Under the pieces are notes generated by a model. It saw only the letters and a program-made list of their open reading frames with translations, made no database searches and was not told the DNA's origin. From Lachnospiraceae bacterium (lineage in GTDB: Bacteria; Bacillota; Clostridia; Lachnospirales; Lachnospiraceae): a stretch of 33,856 bases of DNA. Both the position numbers and the translations under genes were made by a program. Every line of letters starts with the position of its first letter. Position 1 is the first letter of the stretch. The stretch spans positions 1 to 33,856 of the forward strand of contig JAZLIP010000061.1 in assembly GCA_045617445.1 (NCBI GenBank), written 5' to 3'. This document shows, one piece after another, positions 1 to 9,402 of this stretch.

Positions 1-141
1 AATATTATGAGCAGTTTTATATGGCGAAGTAACAACATGAGCAAAAGAAAAGCCTTGAAAAGGCGATTTTGCGAATGGTGTTCTGAATAGTTACATTTGT
101 TTAAGAATTTAAACTTTATTGTGTGAAGGATTGTGAAATAA

Positions 142-1020
142 ATGGAAAAGGATTATATAGTACGCGCGATGGCCGGCAACGGACAGATTCGCGCTTTTGT
201 GGCGACTACAAGAAATTTGACCGAATATGCGAGATGCAGTCATAATACAAGTCCGGTAGTTACGGCGGCACTTGGTAGGATGCTTACAGCGGGAGCTCTT
301 ATGGGCGGAATGATGAAAGGTGATGCGGATTTACTTACGCTAAAGATTCAAGGTAATGGTCCTATGAGCGGAATTACAGTGACCGCAGATTCTAAAGGAA
401 ATGTTAAAGGCTATCCGAATGTTCCGGATGTTATGCTTCCGCCAAACAGTCAGGGGAAACTCGATGTCGGTGGTGCTATAGGATTGGGCGTGTTAAGTGT
501 AATCAAAGACCTGGGACTTAAAGACCCATATGTTGGACAGGTTGAACTTAAGACCGGTGAGATTGCCGAGGATCTTACTTATTACTTTGCAACCTCTGAA
601 CAGATACCTTCGGCGGTAGCTTTGGGGGTGCTCATGAATAAGGAAAACACGGTACGATGTGCGGGCGGATTTGTTATTCAATTAATGCCTTTTGCAAGTG
701 ATGAGCTTGTTGATGAATTGGAAAAGAAGCTTGCAATTTTGCCATCAATTACAACACTCTTAGACCGGGGGATGACACCTGAGGATATACTTGAGTTTGT
801 TCTTGAAGGGTTTGAACCTAAGATAGTTGACCGACTTGATACACAGTTTTTATGTAATTGTGATAAAAAGCGTGTGGAGAAAGCATTAATCAGTATTGGA
901 AAGAAAGATATTGATGAAATGATTTCCGAAGGGAATGAAATAGAGTTAAAATGTCATTTCTGCAATAGTGCATACCATTTTAGTATAGATGAACTTAAGG
1001 AATTAAGAAGCAAGATTTAA
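142..1020 (+). CDS. hslO: Hsp33 redox-regulated chaperone
   Basis: 292-aa ORF. It has an Hsp33-like N-terminal core (VRAMAGNGQIRAF..TT) and the C-terminal zinc redox switch C-x-C (FLCNCDKK) plus C-x-x-C (KCHFCNSAY). GAAGGA RBS-like sequence upstream. Confidence 0.9.
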   Translation: MEKDYIVRAMAGNGQIRAFVATTRNLTEYARCSHNTSPVVTAALGRMLTAGALMGGMMKGDADLLTLKIQGNGPMSGITVTADSKGNVKGYPNVPDVMLPPNSQGKLDVGGAIGLGVLSVIKDLGLKDPYVGQVELKTGEIAEDLTYYFATSEQIPSAVALGVLMNKENTVRCAGGFVIQLMPFASDELVDELEKKLAILPSITTLLDRGMTPEDILEFVLEGFEPKIVDRLDTQFLCNCDKKRVEKALISIGKKDIDEMISEGNEIELKCHFCNSAYHFSIDELKELRSKI

Positions 1021-1053
1021 AAGTAATGATTGAAATAAAAGTGAGGTAAACAC

Positions 1054-3153
1054 ATGAAAAGTAATGTACCTGAGTTGTTTGGAAGTATGGTATTTAATGA
1101 TGCAATTATGCGCGATAAGCTTCCAAAGGATATTTACAAATCATTAAAGAAAACAATCGAAGATGGCAGAGATCTTGATATAGCAATTGCGAATGTAGTG
1201 GCAATTGCTATGAAAGACTGGGCAATTGAAAAGGGCGCAACTCATTATACGCATTGGTTTCAGCCGTTGACCGGAATTACTGCGGAAAAGCACGACAGCT
1301 TCATTTCACCACAAAATGATGGAAAGATTATAATGGAATTTTCCGGAAAGGAATTGATTAAGGGTGAACCTGATGCATCAAGTTTTCCGTCAGGTGGACT
1401 TAGGGCAACTTTTGAAGCAAGAGGTTATACGGCATGGGATCCGACTTCTTATGCGTTTGTTAAGGATGGTGTCCTTTGTATTCCGACAGCTTTCTGTTCT
1501 TACGGCGGTGAGGCACTTGATAAGAAAACGCCGTTGTTACGTTCAATGGAGACACTTAATGAACAGGCAATTCGAATTTTGCGACTTTTTGGTAATTCCT
1601 CTGTTAAACGTGTAATTACTACGGTTGGTCCGGAACAGGAGTATTTTCTTGTTGACAGGGATGTATATGAGAAAAGACGTGATTTGATATATTGCGGACG
1701 TACATTGTTTGGTTCTATGGCACCAAAAGGTCAGGAACTTGATGACCATTATTTTGGTGCAATTAAACCACGCGTTCTTGCGTATATGAGTGATCTTAAT
1801 GAGGAACTGTGGAAACTTGGAATTTTATCCAAAACGGAGCATAATGAAGCAGCTCCTGCTCAGCATGAGATGGCACCTGTTTTTACTACTGCAAATATTT
1901 CCATTGACCATAATCAAATTACAATGGAAGTAATGAAAAATGTTGCCAAGAGACATAATCTTGTGTGCCTTCTTCATGAAAAACCTTTTGCCAAGGTTAA
2001 TGGTTCAGGTAAGCATAACAATTGGTCAATGGTTACTGATGATGGAGTCAATCTTCTTGAACCCGGAAAATCACCTCATGAGAATGCGCAATTTCTTCTG
2101 TTTTTGACGGCAATTATTAAGGCTGTTGATGAATATCAGGATTTAATGCGTGTTTCGATTGCATCGGCAGGAAACGATCATCGTCTTGGCGCGGCTGAAG
2201 CACCGCCGGCTATTATGTCCATATTCTTAGGTGATGATCTGGAAGCAATTCTTGATTCCATTGAGAAGGATATTACGTACAATAATATGGGCGCAGGTAA
2301 AATGGAAATCGGTGTTCATGTCTTACCTTCATTTCCAAAGGATACGACAGACAGGAACAGAACATCACCGTTTGCATTTACCGGTAACAAATTTGAATTC
2401 AGATCCTGCGGTTCTTCAACTTCGGTATCAGGTCCGAATACGGTACTCAATACGATTGTTGCCGAGGCTTTATCTGAATTTGCTGATGAATTGGAAAAAG
2501 CGGATGATTTCACAAAGACATTAAATGATCTTATAAAGAGAACTATTTCGAAACATAAGAGAATCATATTTAATGGTGACGGTTACTCTGATGAGTGGAC
2601 AAGGGAAGCAAAGAAAAGAGGATTGCTTAATCTTCCGACGACAGTTGATGCGATGCCGACATTGCTTGATGCAAAGAATGTTGAGCTTTTTGAAAAACAT
2701 AGAATTTATACAGAAACAGAGCTTAAGTCAAGATATGACATACAGCTTGATGCGTATAGCAAGACAATTAATATTGAAGGTTTGACTATGGTTGAAATGA
2801 CTAAGAGAGAAATTCTTCCTGCAGTGAATCGTTATGTTTCGGCACTTGCGCAAGCCGCATCTACAAAAGCCATGTTGTCTTCAAACATTAAATGCGGTTT
2901 TGAAATGGATCTTATTAAGAAGTTATCAAATCTTGAAGATAAAGCTTACGGAGAGGTCAACAGACTCGAAAAATTGCTCAATGATGCTGAACCTTTTGAT
3001 GAAGCCGACAAGTTGGTTTTGGCAAATTATTATAAGAGCAAAGTCATTCCTTTAATGAATTCCCTTAGGGAATTGTGTGATGAAATGGAGAGGAACACTG
3101 ATTCTAAAGTATGGCCGTTCCCTACATACGGGGATTTACTTTTTTCAGTTTAG
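1054..3153 (+). CDS. glnN: Glutamine synthetase, type III (GlnN-type)
   Basis: 699-aa ORF, the size of type III GS. Conserved blocks [31 protein letters not shown] and [17 protein letters not shown] about 7 nt before the ATG, and only 33 nt downstream of hslO. Confidence 0.85.
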   Translation: MKSNVPELFGSMVFNDAIMRDKLPKDIYKSLKKTIEDGRDLDIAIANVVAIAMKDWAIEKGATHYTHWFQPLTGITAEKHDSFISPQNDGKIIMEFSGKELIKGEPDASSFPSGGLRATFEARGYTAWDPTSYAFVKDGVLCIPTAFCSYGGEALDKKTPLLRSMETLNEQAIRILRLFGNSSVKRVITTVGPEQEYFLVDRDVYEKRRDLIYCGRTLFGSMAPKGQELDDHYFGAIKPRVLAYMSDLNEELWKLGILSKTEHNEAAPAQHEMAPVFTTANISIDHNQITMEVMKNVAKRHNLVCLLHEKPFAKVNGSGKHNNWSMVTDDGVNLLEPGKSPHENAQFLLFLTAIIKAVDEYQDLMRVSIASAGNDHRLGAAEAPPAIMSIFLGDDLEAILDSIEKDITYNNMGAGKMEIGVHVLPSFPKDTTDRNRTSPFAFTGNKFEFRSCGSSTSVSGPNTVLNTIVAEALSEFADELEKADDFTKTLNDLIKRTISKHKRIIFNGDGYSDEWTREAKKRGLLNLPTTVDAMPTLLDAKNVELFEKHRIYTETELKSRYDIQLDAYSKTINIEGLTMVEMTKREILPAVNRYVSALAQAASTKAMLSSNIKCGFEMDLIKKLSNLEDKAYGEVNRLEKLLNDAEPFDEADKLVLANYYKSKVIPLMNSLRELCDEMERNTDSKVWPFPTYGDLLFSV

Positions 3154-3169
3154 TTGTGATTATTTTGGA

Positions 3170-3236
3170 AAGTCCTGTTTCAGATGAGCCATAGCATATT
3201 AATACGCTATGGTTGGCTTATTTGTAAACAGGATTT
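3170..3236 (+). terminator. Long nested stem-loop downstream of glnN (non-canonical terminator candidate)
   Basis: The outer stem AAGTCCTGTTT (3170-3180) pairs with AAACAGGATTT (3226-3236), including one G-U. The inner stem is CCATAGC (3189-3195) with GCTATGG (3206-3212). It starts 17 nt after the stop codon. There is only a short T run, so terminator function is uncertain. Confidence 0.4.
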
Positions 3237-3256
3237 AATTAATCGGGAGAAATCTA

Positions 3257-4819
3257 GTGATATTTACATCTAAAGCATTTGTTGTTTTTTTGCTGCTGTT
3301 ATTTATAATTTATTTTCTGACAGAAAAAGTACTGCCCAAATTCCAGTGGGTCATACTACTCTTTTTTAGCATGTTTTTTTATGCATATCTGTCGAGAAAA
3401 TATCTTCTGTATATTTTGCTGCCTATTACAACCTCCTGGATATATGGACTATTAATTGGACATATCAAAAAAAGATTTGATTTTGAAACGGAAAAGCCGG
3501 ATAGAGCCGCTCCGGATTATAAGGAAAGAAAAAAACTTGTTAAACACAATTGCGAGATTAAGAAGAAAATAATGCTTACTGTAGTAATTACTATTAATCT
3601 TGCGGTTCTTGTTTATGTTAAATATGCAAATAATCTGTTTGTGTTACTTGGTAAAGATGTTGAAGGAGTAATTGTTCCGCTTGGGATTTCCTTCTATACT
3701 TTTATGAGCATAGGTTACTGCATTGATGTGTTCAGGGAAGTTGTAGTGCCCTTGGGTAATCCGTTTAAGCTTGCTCTTTATGTTTCATATTTTCCACATA
3801 TCAGCCAGGGACCTATCGGGCATTTTGAAAAACTTGGTGAGCAGCTCTTTACAAATCATTCGTTTGAATACGACAGATTTGTAAAGGGACTTATCAGAAT
3901 TCTATTTGGTTATTTTAAGAAAATAATCATTGCGAATAATCTTGCGCAAATCGTAGATCCGGTATTTGACAATTACAGAGATTATCATGGATTGTCATTC
4001 GTTTTTGCAACACTTATGTATGCGATACAGTTGTATGCCGATTTCTCGGGGTATATGGATATTTCGCTTGGTGCTTCTTCATGTCTTGGAATCACCTTGG
4101 AAGAAAACTTTGAAACTCCCTATTTTTCTACAAATATTTCTGAGTACTGGAGGAAATGGCATATTACATTGGGCGCTTGGTTTAGAGATTATCTTTACTA
4201 TCCTATACTCAGAAACAAGAAATTCTCATCACTTAACAAGAAACTTAGAAAGAGCGGACACAAGAATTTGGCAAGATATCTTACCACATCTATCGGACTT
4301 CTGATAACCTGGGGATGTATCGGTATTTGGCATGGCACGACGCTTAACTATATGGTACATGCTTTGTGGCATGCATTCTTTATTATACTTGGAATTGTTC
4401 TTGAAGATAAATATGCTGCGTGTCGACGTTTTTTTAAGATTAATGAGAAATCAAGGATGTTTAAGTGCTTTCAAATAGTAAGGACCTTTCTTATAGTAAA
4501 TATTGGGTATGTATTTTTTCGATCAAATGATCTTAGGGAAGCATTATATATTTTGCGAGCTGTTTTCACAGATTTTTCGGGCGGCTTTTTGTCACTTATC
4601 GGTTCCTTTGATAAATCGTTTTTTACATTAATTTCTATTGGGGTCATTGTGCTGATTGCTATTGATATTATCGATTTAAAGAAGGGCTTTTTCAAATGGT
4701 TTATGGAACTTCCGATTGTTTTCCGGTATGCGATTTTATATTTGGTAGCTTTTCTTGTTCTTGTATATTCGTTTGAGCAACCAGTAAGCAGTGGGGCTTT
4801 TCTTTATTTTGATTTTTAG
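3257..4819 (+). CDS. MBOAT-family membrane-bound O-acyltransferase (AlgI/DltB/PatA-like)
   Basis: 520-aa polytopic ORF with the MBOAT signature WRKWHITLGAWFRDYLYYPI and a second conserved His block, GIWHG. GTG start 6 nt after a GGGAGA RBS. Confidence 0.85.
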   Translation: MIFTSKAFVVFLLLLFIIYFLTEKVLPKFQWVILLFFSMFFYAYLSRKYLLYILLPITTSWIYGLLIGHIKKRFDFETEKPDRAAPDYKERKKLVKHNCEIKKKIMLTVVITINLAVLVYVKYANNLFVLLGKDVEGVIVPLGISFYTFMSIGYCIDVFREVVVPLGNPFKLALYVSYFPHISQGPIGHFEKLGEQLFTNHSFEYDRFVKGLIRILFGYFKKIIIANNLAQIVDPVFDNYRDYHGLSFVFATLMYAIQLYADFSGYMDISLGASSCLGITLEENFETPYFSTNISEYWRKWHITLGAWFRDYLYYPILRNKKFSSLNKKLRKSGHKNLARYLTTSIGLLITWGCIGIWHGTTLNYMVHALWHAFFIILGIVLEDKYAACRRFFKINEKSRMFKCFQIVRTFLIVNIGYVFFRSNDLREALYILRAVFTDFSGGFLSLIGSFDKSFFTLISIGVIVLIAIDIIDLKKGFFKWFMELPIVFRYAILYLVAFLVLVYSFEQPVSSGAFLYFDF

Positions 4820-4884
4820 AAATCGTTTTTGTAAACGGTCGGATATTTGGAAGTCTTTAACAGGTATAATAAGGATTTTGTTTT

Positions 4885-5844
4885 ATGAAAAATTTAGTGA
4901 AATTTGTATCGTTTTTTTTGATTGGGATTGTTACGTTTATTGTTTTTGTGTTGATTATTCCCGATCAGTATGAGGAAATATATCAGCGTTCCATTGTAAA
5001 ACAGTATGAGTATTTGAAAAGTACCGATGACAGTAAGGTGATTTTTGTCGGGAATTCATCTTTGATGTTTGGCCTTGATCTTGATGAAATGGATAAAATG
5101 CTTGCACCGTACAATAAGAAAAGTGTACTACTTGGCGGACATGTGAGCTATGGTCTGCAGTATTTCATTGAAATGACGAAAGACAATATAAAACGAGGGG
5201 ATGTCGTGGTTATTGAATTTCCGGGTCCGATAGATCTTAACAATTTTAATCCGGATTTGCTTCTTACGGGAATCGGTAAGAAATATGAGATGTATAAATA
5301 TTTTCCCAAAGATAAACTGAGATATGTTATTTCAAGATATCCCAAATATGTGAAAGATAATTTGAATTATTTTCTTGGAAACGGTTATCATTCGGGCGGT
5401 CCGTATTCGATGGAAGCAATGGATTACAGAGGGTCAATGGTAATTGAACGAGGTGAGTGTGAAATACCGATGCCTTACGATTACGCAACTCAAATTGATG
5501 AGCAATATCAATGGTTTGCTATTGAAGGATTTGTTCCAAACACGGAATTTGTAAATTATTTAAATGAATATACAAAATATTGTGAAAATCTTGGTGTGAA
5601 GGTGCTGTTCACGGTTCCGGTTTATCTTGATGAATCGGTTCTTTCTTCTGCGGAGGATATGGATAAATATGATGAATCCTGGGCAGAAGTATTGGCGGGT
5701 GAATATGTATCGCATCAGAGAGATTATATTTTTTCAAGGGAATTTATATTTAATCAATCCGCGCATCTGAATTCGAAAGGTGCTTTGTTACGAACTGACA
5801 AGTTATATGAAGATATTAAGGAATTTGTTACCGGTCAGGACTGA
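4885..5844 (+). CDS. Membrane-anchored SGNH/DltD/AlgX-like partner of the MBOAT protein (putative extracytoplasmic O-acyltransferase)
   Basis: 319-aa ORF with one N-terminal TM helix (FVSFFLIGIVTFIVFVLII). The soluble domain has a Ser block VIFVGNSSLMFG and a C-terminal His block SAHLNSKGA. It lies directly downstream of the MBOAT gene. Assignment is by motif and context only. Confidence 0.5.
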   Translation: MKNLVKFVSFFLIGIVTFIVFVLIIPDQYEEIYQRSIVKQYEYLKSTDDSKVIFVGNSSLMFGLDLDEMDKMLAPYNKKSVLLGGHVSYGLQYFIEMTKDNIKRGDVVVIEFPGPIDLNNFNPDLLLTGIGKKYEMYKYFPKDKLRYVISRYPKYVKDNLNYFLGNGYHSGGPYSMEAMDYRGSMVIERGECEIPMPYDYATQIDEQYQWFAIEGFVPNTEFVNYLNEYTKYCENLGVKVLFTVPVYLDESVLSSAEDMDKYDESWAEVLAGEYVSHQRDYIFSREFIFNQSAHLNSKGALLRTDKLYEDIKEFVTGQD

Positions 5845-5852
5845 ACAGTAAC
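5826..5852. repeat. R-element copy 1 (palindromic TGTTAC...GTAAC repeat)
   Basis: tgttaccggtcaggactgaacagtaac. GTTAC pairs with GTAAC. It is near-identical to 15431-15469 and 33054-33081. Its left half encodes the last codons (VTGQD*) of the upstream CDS. Confidence 0.7.
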
Positions 5853-5880
5853 GGTAGTCGGTTAGTAAGGAGAGTGAATT

Positions 5881-8800
5881 ATGGCATTACGACTGTTTCT
5901 TGGCGGCGCAGGAAGCGGCAAATCTACGCAAATGTACAAAAGGATAATAAATGAATCGATTGCCAATCCAACAACCAATTATGTTATTTTGGTTCCGGAG
6001 CAGTATACGCTGTCCACGCAATATAAGCTGGTATCCATGCATCCTAAAAAAGGAATTTTGAATATTGATATTTTAAGTTTTGAAAGACTTGCATATCGCA
6101 TTTTTGAAGAGGTTGGATATTTGAATGCTCAGGGTGTTGTTCTGGATGATATCGGTAAGAATCTTCTGTTACGGCATATTGCCAAAATGCATGAGGATGA
6201 ACTTACATCACTCGGTGGAATATCCGGTAAACTTGGATATATAAGTGAAGTTAAATCGGTTATCTCGGAATTTATGCAATATGGTATCGGTGAAAATGAA
6301 GTAAAGGAGCTCATTAAACAGAGCGCCGGTAAAGGGCAGTTAAACAGTAAACTCACAGACCTCGCTTTTCTTTACGGCGAATTCCTTACGTATATAAAAA
6401 ATAAATATGTTACTGCTGAGGAAGTGTTGAGCAAAGTTAGCAATGTGGTACATTTGTCGGACAAAATAAAGCATTCAGTGATTGTGCTTGACGGATATAC
6501 CGGCTTTACTCCGGTACAGTATGATTTGCTTACACGTCTTATTGACAATTCCCAAGATGTATATGCATCAATACTTTTGGATGTGCGTTCGCAGAAAACA
6601 ACGGCTGAAATCATAGGAGAGCCGGAGGAAAATGAGCTTTTCTATCTTAGCAAAAAGACTTTGGTAAAGCTGCAACAGATTGCGGATGAACTTAGAATAA
6701 ATGAACGGGAGATAGTTCGTATTGATGACGATATACCTATAAGATTTGGCTTTGTTGCGGAAGAAAATCATAAGAACGAAATTCCTAAAATGCTTGTGCA
6801 TCTTGAACGCAATCTGTTTAGAGAATGTGAGAAAGCATATTGTGATGAAGCTACAGGCGATATCAGAATTTTTTGCGGAACCAATCCTGATGATGAAGCA
6901 ATGGAAGCTGCCGTGAGAATTTGTGAGCTGATGCGAAATAAGAATTACAGGTATAGTGATATAGCTGTGGTTAGTGGTGATATTGCAATTTATGAGGGTG
7001 CAATATCGCGTGCATTTTCAAGATATGATTTACCCTTCTTTATTGATAAGACAAGGCCTGTTTTGCTAAATCCGCTTATTGAATTTATTCGTGCAACCAT
7101 TGAAGTTGTTGTTTCGGATTTCTCTTATGAAAGTGTATTCAAATTTCTTAGAAGTAATATGCTTGATATTGAGTGTGATGATATTGATGAGTTGGAAAAT
7201 TATGTTTTAAAACATGGGGTGTCGGGAAAGAAAAAATGGTCCCAACCTTTTGTGATGCGTGGTACTACGGAAGAGGATAAACTGTCGGGACTTAACAGAA
7301 CACGCGAAATTGTATTTGATGCTTTTGGGACACTTTTGAGTGAACTTGGTGATTGCACTGCAAATCATGTGGAAATTTACGCAAGTGCGATTTATAATTT
7401 TTTAATATCCCATAATGCGGACAAATGCATGGCGGATTATGAACTGCATTTTAAAACAATCGGAGATGATGCAAGAGCCAAGGAATTTGAAAAGATATTT
7501 GATGAGGTAATTATACTGCTTGAGAAGATGGTGGAGCTTCTTGATGGTGAGGAGATTTCATTCGAGGAATTCGGCGAATTGATGGATGCGGGTTTTGCGG
7601 AAATTCGAACAGGGGTAGTGCCGAGAACAAATGACTATATACAGGTTGGAGATATAACAAGAACCCGCCTTAGGGATGTAAGAGCGTTGTTTTTCGTAGG
7701 GGTTAATGACGGGATTATTCCGAGCAGGAATAATGGCGGTGGAATAATTTCCGATATGGAAAGAGAATTTCTTAAGGATAATGACAAAGGAATTGAACTG
7801 AAGCCGACAGTGCGAATGCAGGCTTTTACCGAACGACTTTATTTGTATATGTTAATGGCTAAACCTTCGGAAGTTTTGTACCTTTCTTACAGTCTTATGT
7901 CTGATGAGTATGAAAGTATAGCGCCTTCGTATCTTATAAAGCAGGTAAGGCGGATGTTCCCGAAATTGAAAGAGGAAAAAGGAACCGGGCAATTGTCAAC
8001 CCGAGTCTTTAATCGGAAGTCAGCGCGTTTTGAATTGAGTCGTCATCTGCAGGAAAACCTGACAAAACAAGATGTACTATATAACGGACTACTAAGTGAA
8101 GCGCGCAGGATATCTGACGATGCTTCAATTTTTGAGGTATTTCACAACAATGTCGTGAGTTCTGTTACAACAAAAGAAGATTCAATTGGCAAAACGGTTG
8201 CGAATATTCTTTTTGGTAAAGAAATTGAATGTTCGGTCACACGGCTTGAAACGTATGCTAAGTGTGCATTTAGTCATTTCGTTAAATATGGGCTTCAACT
8301 GAAGGAAAGAGAAATTATGTCTTTTGAAGCGAAGGATATAGGTAGTGTATTCCATGATTCGCTTCAAAAGTATGCATTGTTGCTTAAAGAACGTGGCAGA
8401 AATTGGACTGATGTTACCGAAGAAGAAAAGAAAGAATTGATTGAAGAGGCAATTACAAGATGTATTAACAGCGGAGAATATGATGCTATCTATGGTTCTT
8501 TCAGAACGAAGTATATGTTTAACAGAATGAATCGTATTTTGAAACGAACAGTAGATACTCTTTCAATTCAGTTGCAAAAGGGTAGATTTGTTCCATATGC
8601 TTATGAGTTTGGTTTCTATTCTACAGATGATTACACAACGCTTAATATTAAATTATCGGATGAGGAAAGAATTCGACTTCGGGGAAGAATAGACCGAGTC
8701 GATTTGTGCGAGGATGACGGCAACGTTTATGTTAAGATTATTGATTACAAGTCCGGAAACAAGAAATTTGATCTTGCTGCGATATATGAAGGACTTGATT

Positions 8801-9372
8801 TGCAGTTGGTCGTGTATTTGAATGCGGCTAAGGAAGCATTGGAAAAACGGGAAAGAGAAAGTGGCTTAAATCGGGAAGTTGTTCCTGCGGGAATACTTTA
8901 CTATCATATCGATGATCCGCTGATAGATGCCGATGAAGTGAAGAATGATGATGATATAAATGCGAAAATCATTTCAAAGCTTAAAATGCAGGGACTCATT
9001 AATTCCGAGCGAAGCGTTATTTCTCTTATGGATGAGGAAATGACAGATTCATCTCAGGTTATTCCTGTTCGTTTCGGAAAAAACGGAGAGTTTGCAAGGG
9101 GCAGTTCTGTGGCGTCTAAAGAGCAGTTTGAAATTATGTCTGAATATGTTGTAGAGAAAATTGCAACTATGGGAAAAGAAATCATGGATGGGCGAATTGA
9201 TGTTAATCCTAAGTTAGATTCCAACATGAAGCCGATGGCATGTAAATATTGTGATTATTCTAATATATGCGGATTTAAGACAGTGGTTTCGGATGATGCG
9301 GATGATGCAACAGATGATTACTCGAAATGTTCCTATGAGGAATTGTTTCAGAAAATGAAGGATAGTAAGTAA
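5881..9372 (+). CDS. addB: Helicase-nuclease AddAB, subunit B
   Basis: 1163-aa ORF with an N-terminal Walker A GGAGSGKST. The C-terminal nuclease region has the four Cys pattern expected for the AddB Fe-S cluster (AKCAF ... CKYCDYSNIC). AAGGAGAG RBS, and the gene is directly upstream of addA. Confidence 0.9.
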   Translation: MALRLFLGGAGSGKSTQMYKRIINESIANPTTNYVILVPEQYTLSTQYKLVSMHPKKGILNIDILSFERLAYRIFEEVGYLNAQGVVLDDIGKNLLLRHIAKMHEDELTSLGGISGKLGYISEVKSVISEFMQYGIGENEVKELIKQSAGKGQLNSKLTDLAFLYGEFLTYIKNKYVTAEEVLSKVSNVVHLSDKIKHSVIVLDGYTGFTPVQYDLLTRLIDNSQDVYASILLDVRSQKTTAEIIGEPEENELFYLSKKTLVKLQQIADELRINEREIVRIDDDIPIRFGFVAEENHKNEIPKMLVHLERNLFRECEKAYCDEATGDIRIFCGTNPDDEAMEAAVRICELMRNKNYRYSDIAVVSGDIAIYEGAISRAFSRYDLPFFIDKTRPVLLNPLIEFIRATIEVVVSDFSYESVFKFLRSNMLDIECDDIDELENYVLKHGVSGKKKWSQPFVMRGTTEEDKLSGLNRTREIVFDAFGTLLSELGDCTANHVEIYASAIYNFLISHNADKCMADYELHFKTIGDDARAKEFEKIFDEVIILLEKMVELLDGEEISFEEFGELMDAGFAEIRTGVVPRTNDYIQVGDITRTRLRDVRALFFVGVNDGIIPSRNNGGGIISDMEREFLKDNDKGIELKPTVRMQAFTERLYLYMLMAKPSEVLYLSYSLMSDEYESIAPSYLIKQVRRMFPKLKEEKGTGQLSTRVFNRKSARFELSRHLQENLTKQDVLYNGLLSEARRISDDASIFEVFHNNVVSSVTTKEDSIGKTVANILFGKEIECSVTRLETYAKCAFSHFVKYGLQLKEREIMSFEAKDIGSVFHDSLQKYALLLKERGRNWTDVTEEEKKELIEEAITRCINSGEYDAIYGSFRTKYMFNRMNRILKRTVDTLSIQLQKGRFVPYAYEFGFYSTDDYTTLNIKLSDEERIRLRGRIDRVDLCEDDGNVYVKIIDYKSGNKKFDLAAIYEGLDLQLVVYLNAAKEALEKRERESGLNREVVPAGILYYHIDDPLIDADEVKNDDDINAKIISKLKMQGLINSERSVISLMDEEMTDSSQVIPVRFGKNGEFARGSSVASKEQFEIMSEYVVEKIATMGKEIMDGRIDVNPKLDSNMKPMACKYCDYSNICGFKTVVSDDADDATDDYSKCSYEELFQKMKDSK

Positions 9373-9402
9373 ATTGGATTATATGAGGTATATGGGCTGA
9401 AA

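Noticed and set aside
1-90. An open frame runs from the left edge to TAG at 88-90 (..NIMSSFIWRSNNMSKRKALKRRFCEWCSE*), possibly the 3' end of an upstream gene.
   Set aside because: Only 29 codons are visible and there is no recognisable motif, so it cannot be supported as a feature.
142-3153. The tight hslO-glnN linkage (33-nt gap), considered as a possible unusual stress/nitrogen operon.
   Set aside because: Adjacency alone is weak evidence, both genes are ordinary housekeeping types, and the short spacer has no special sequence features.
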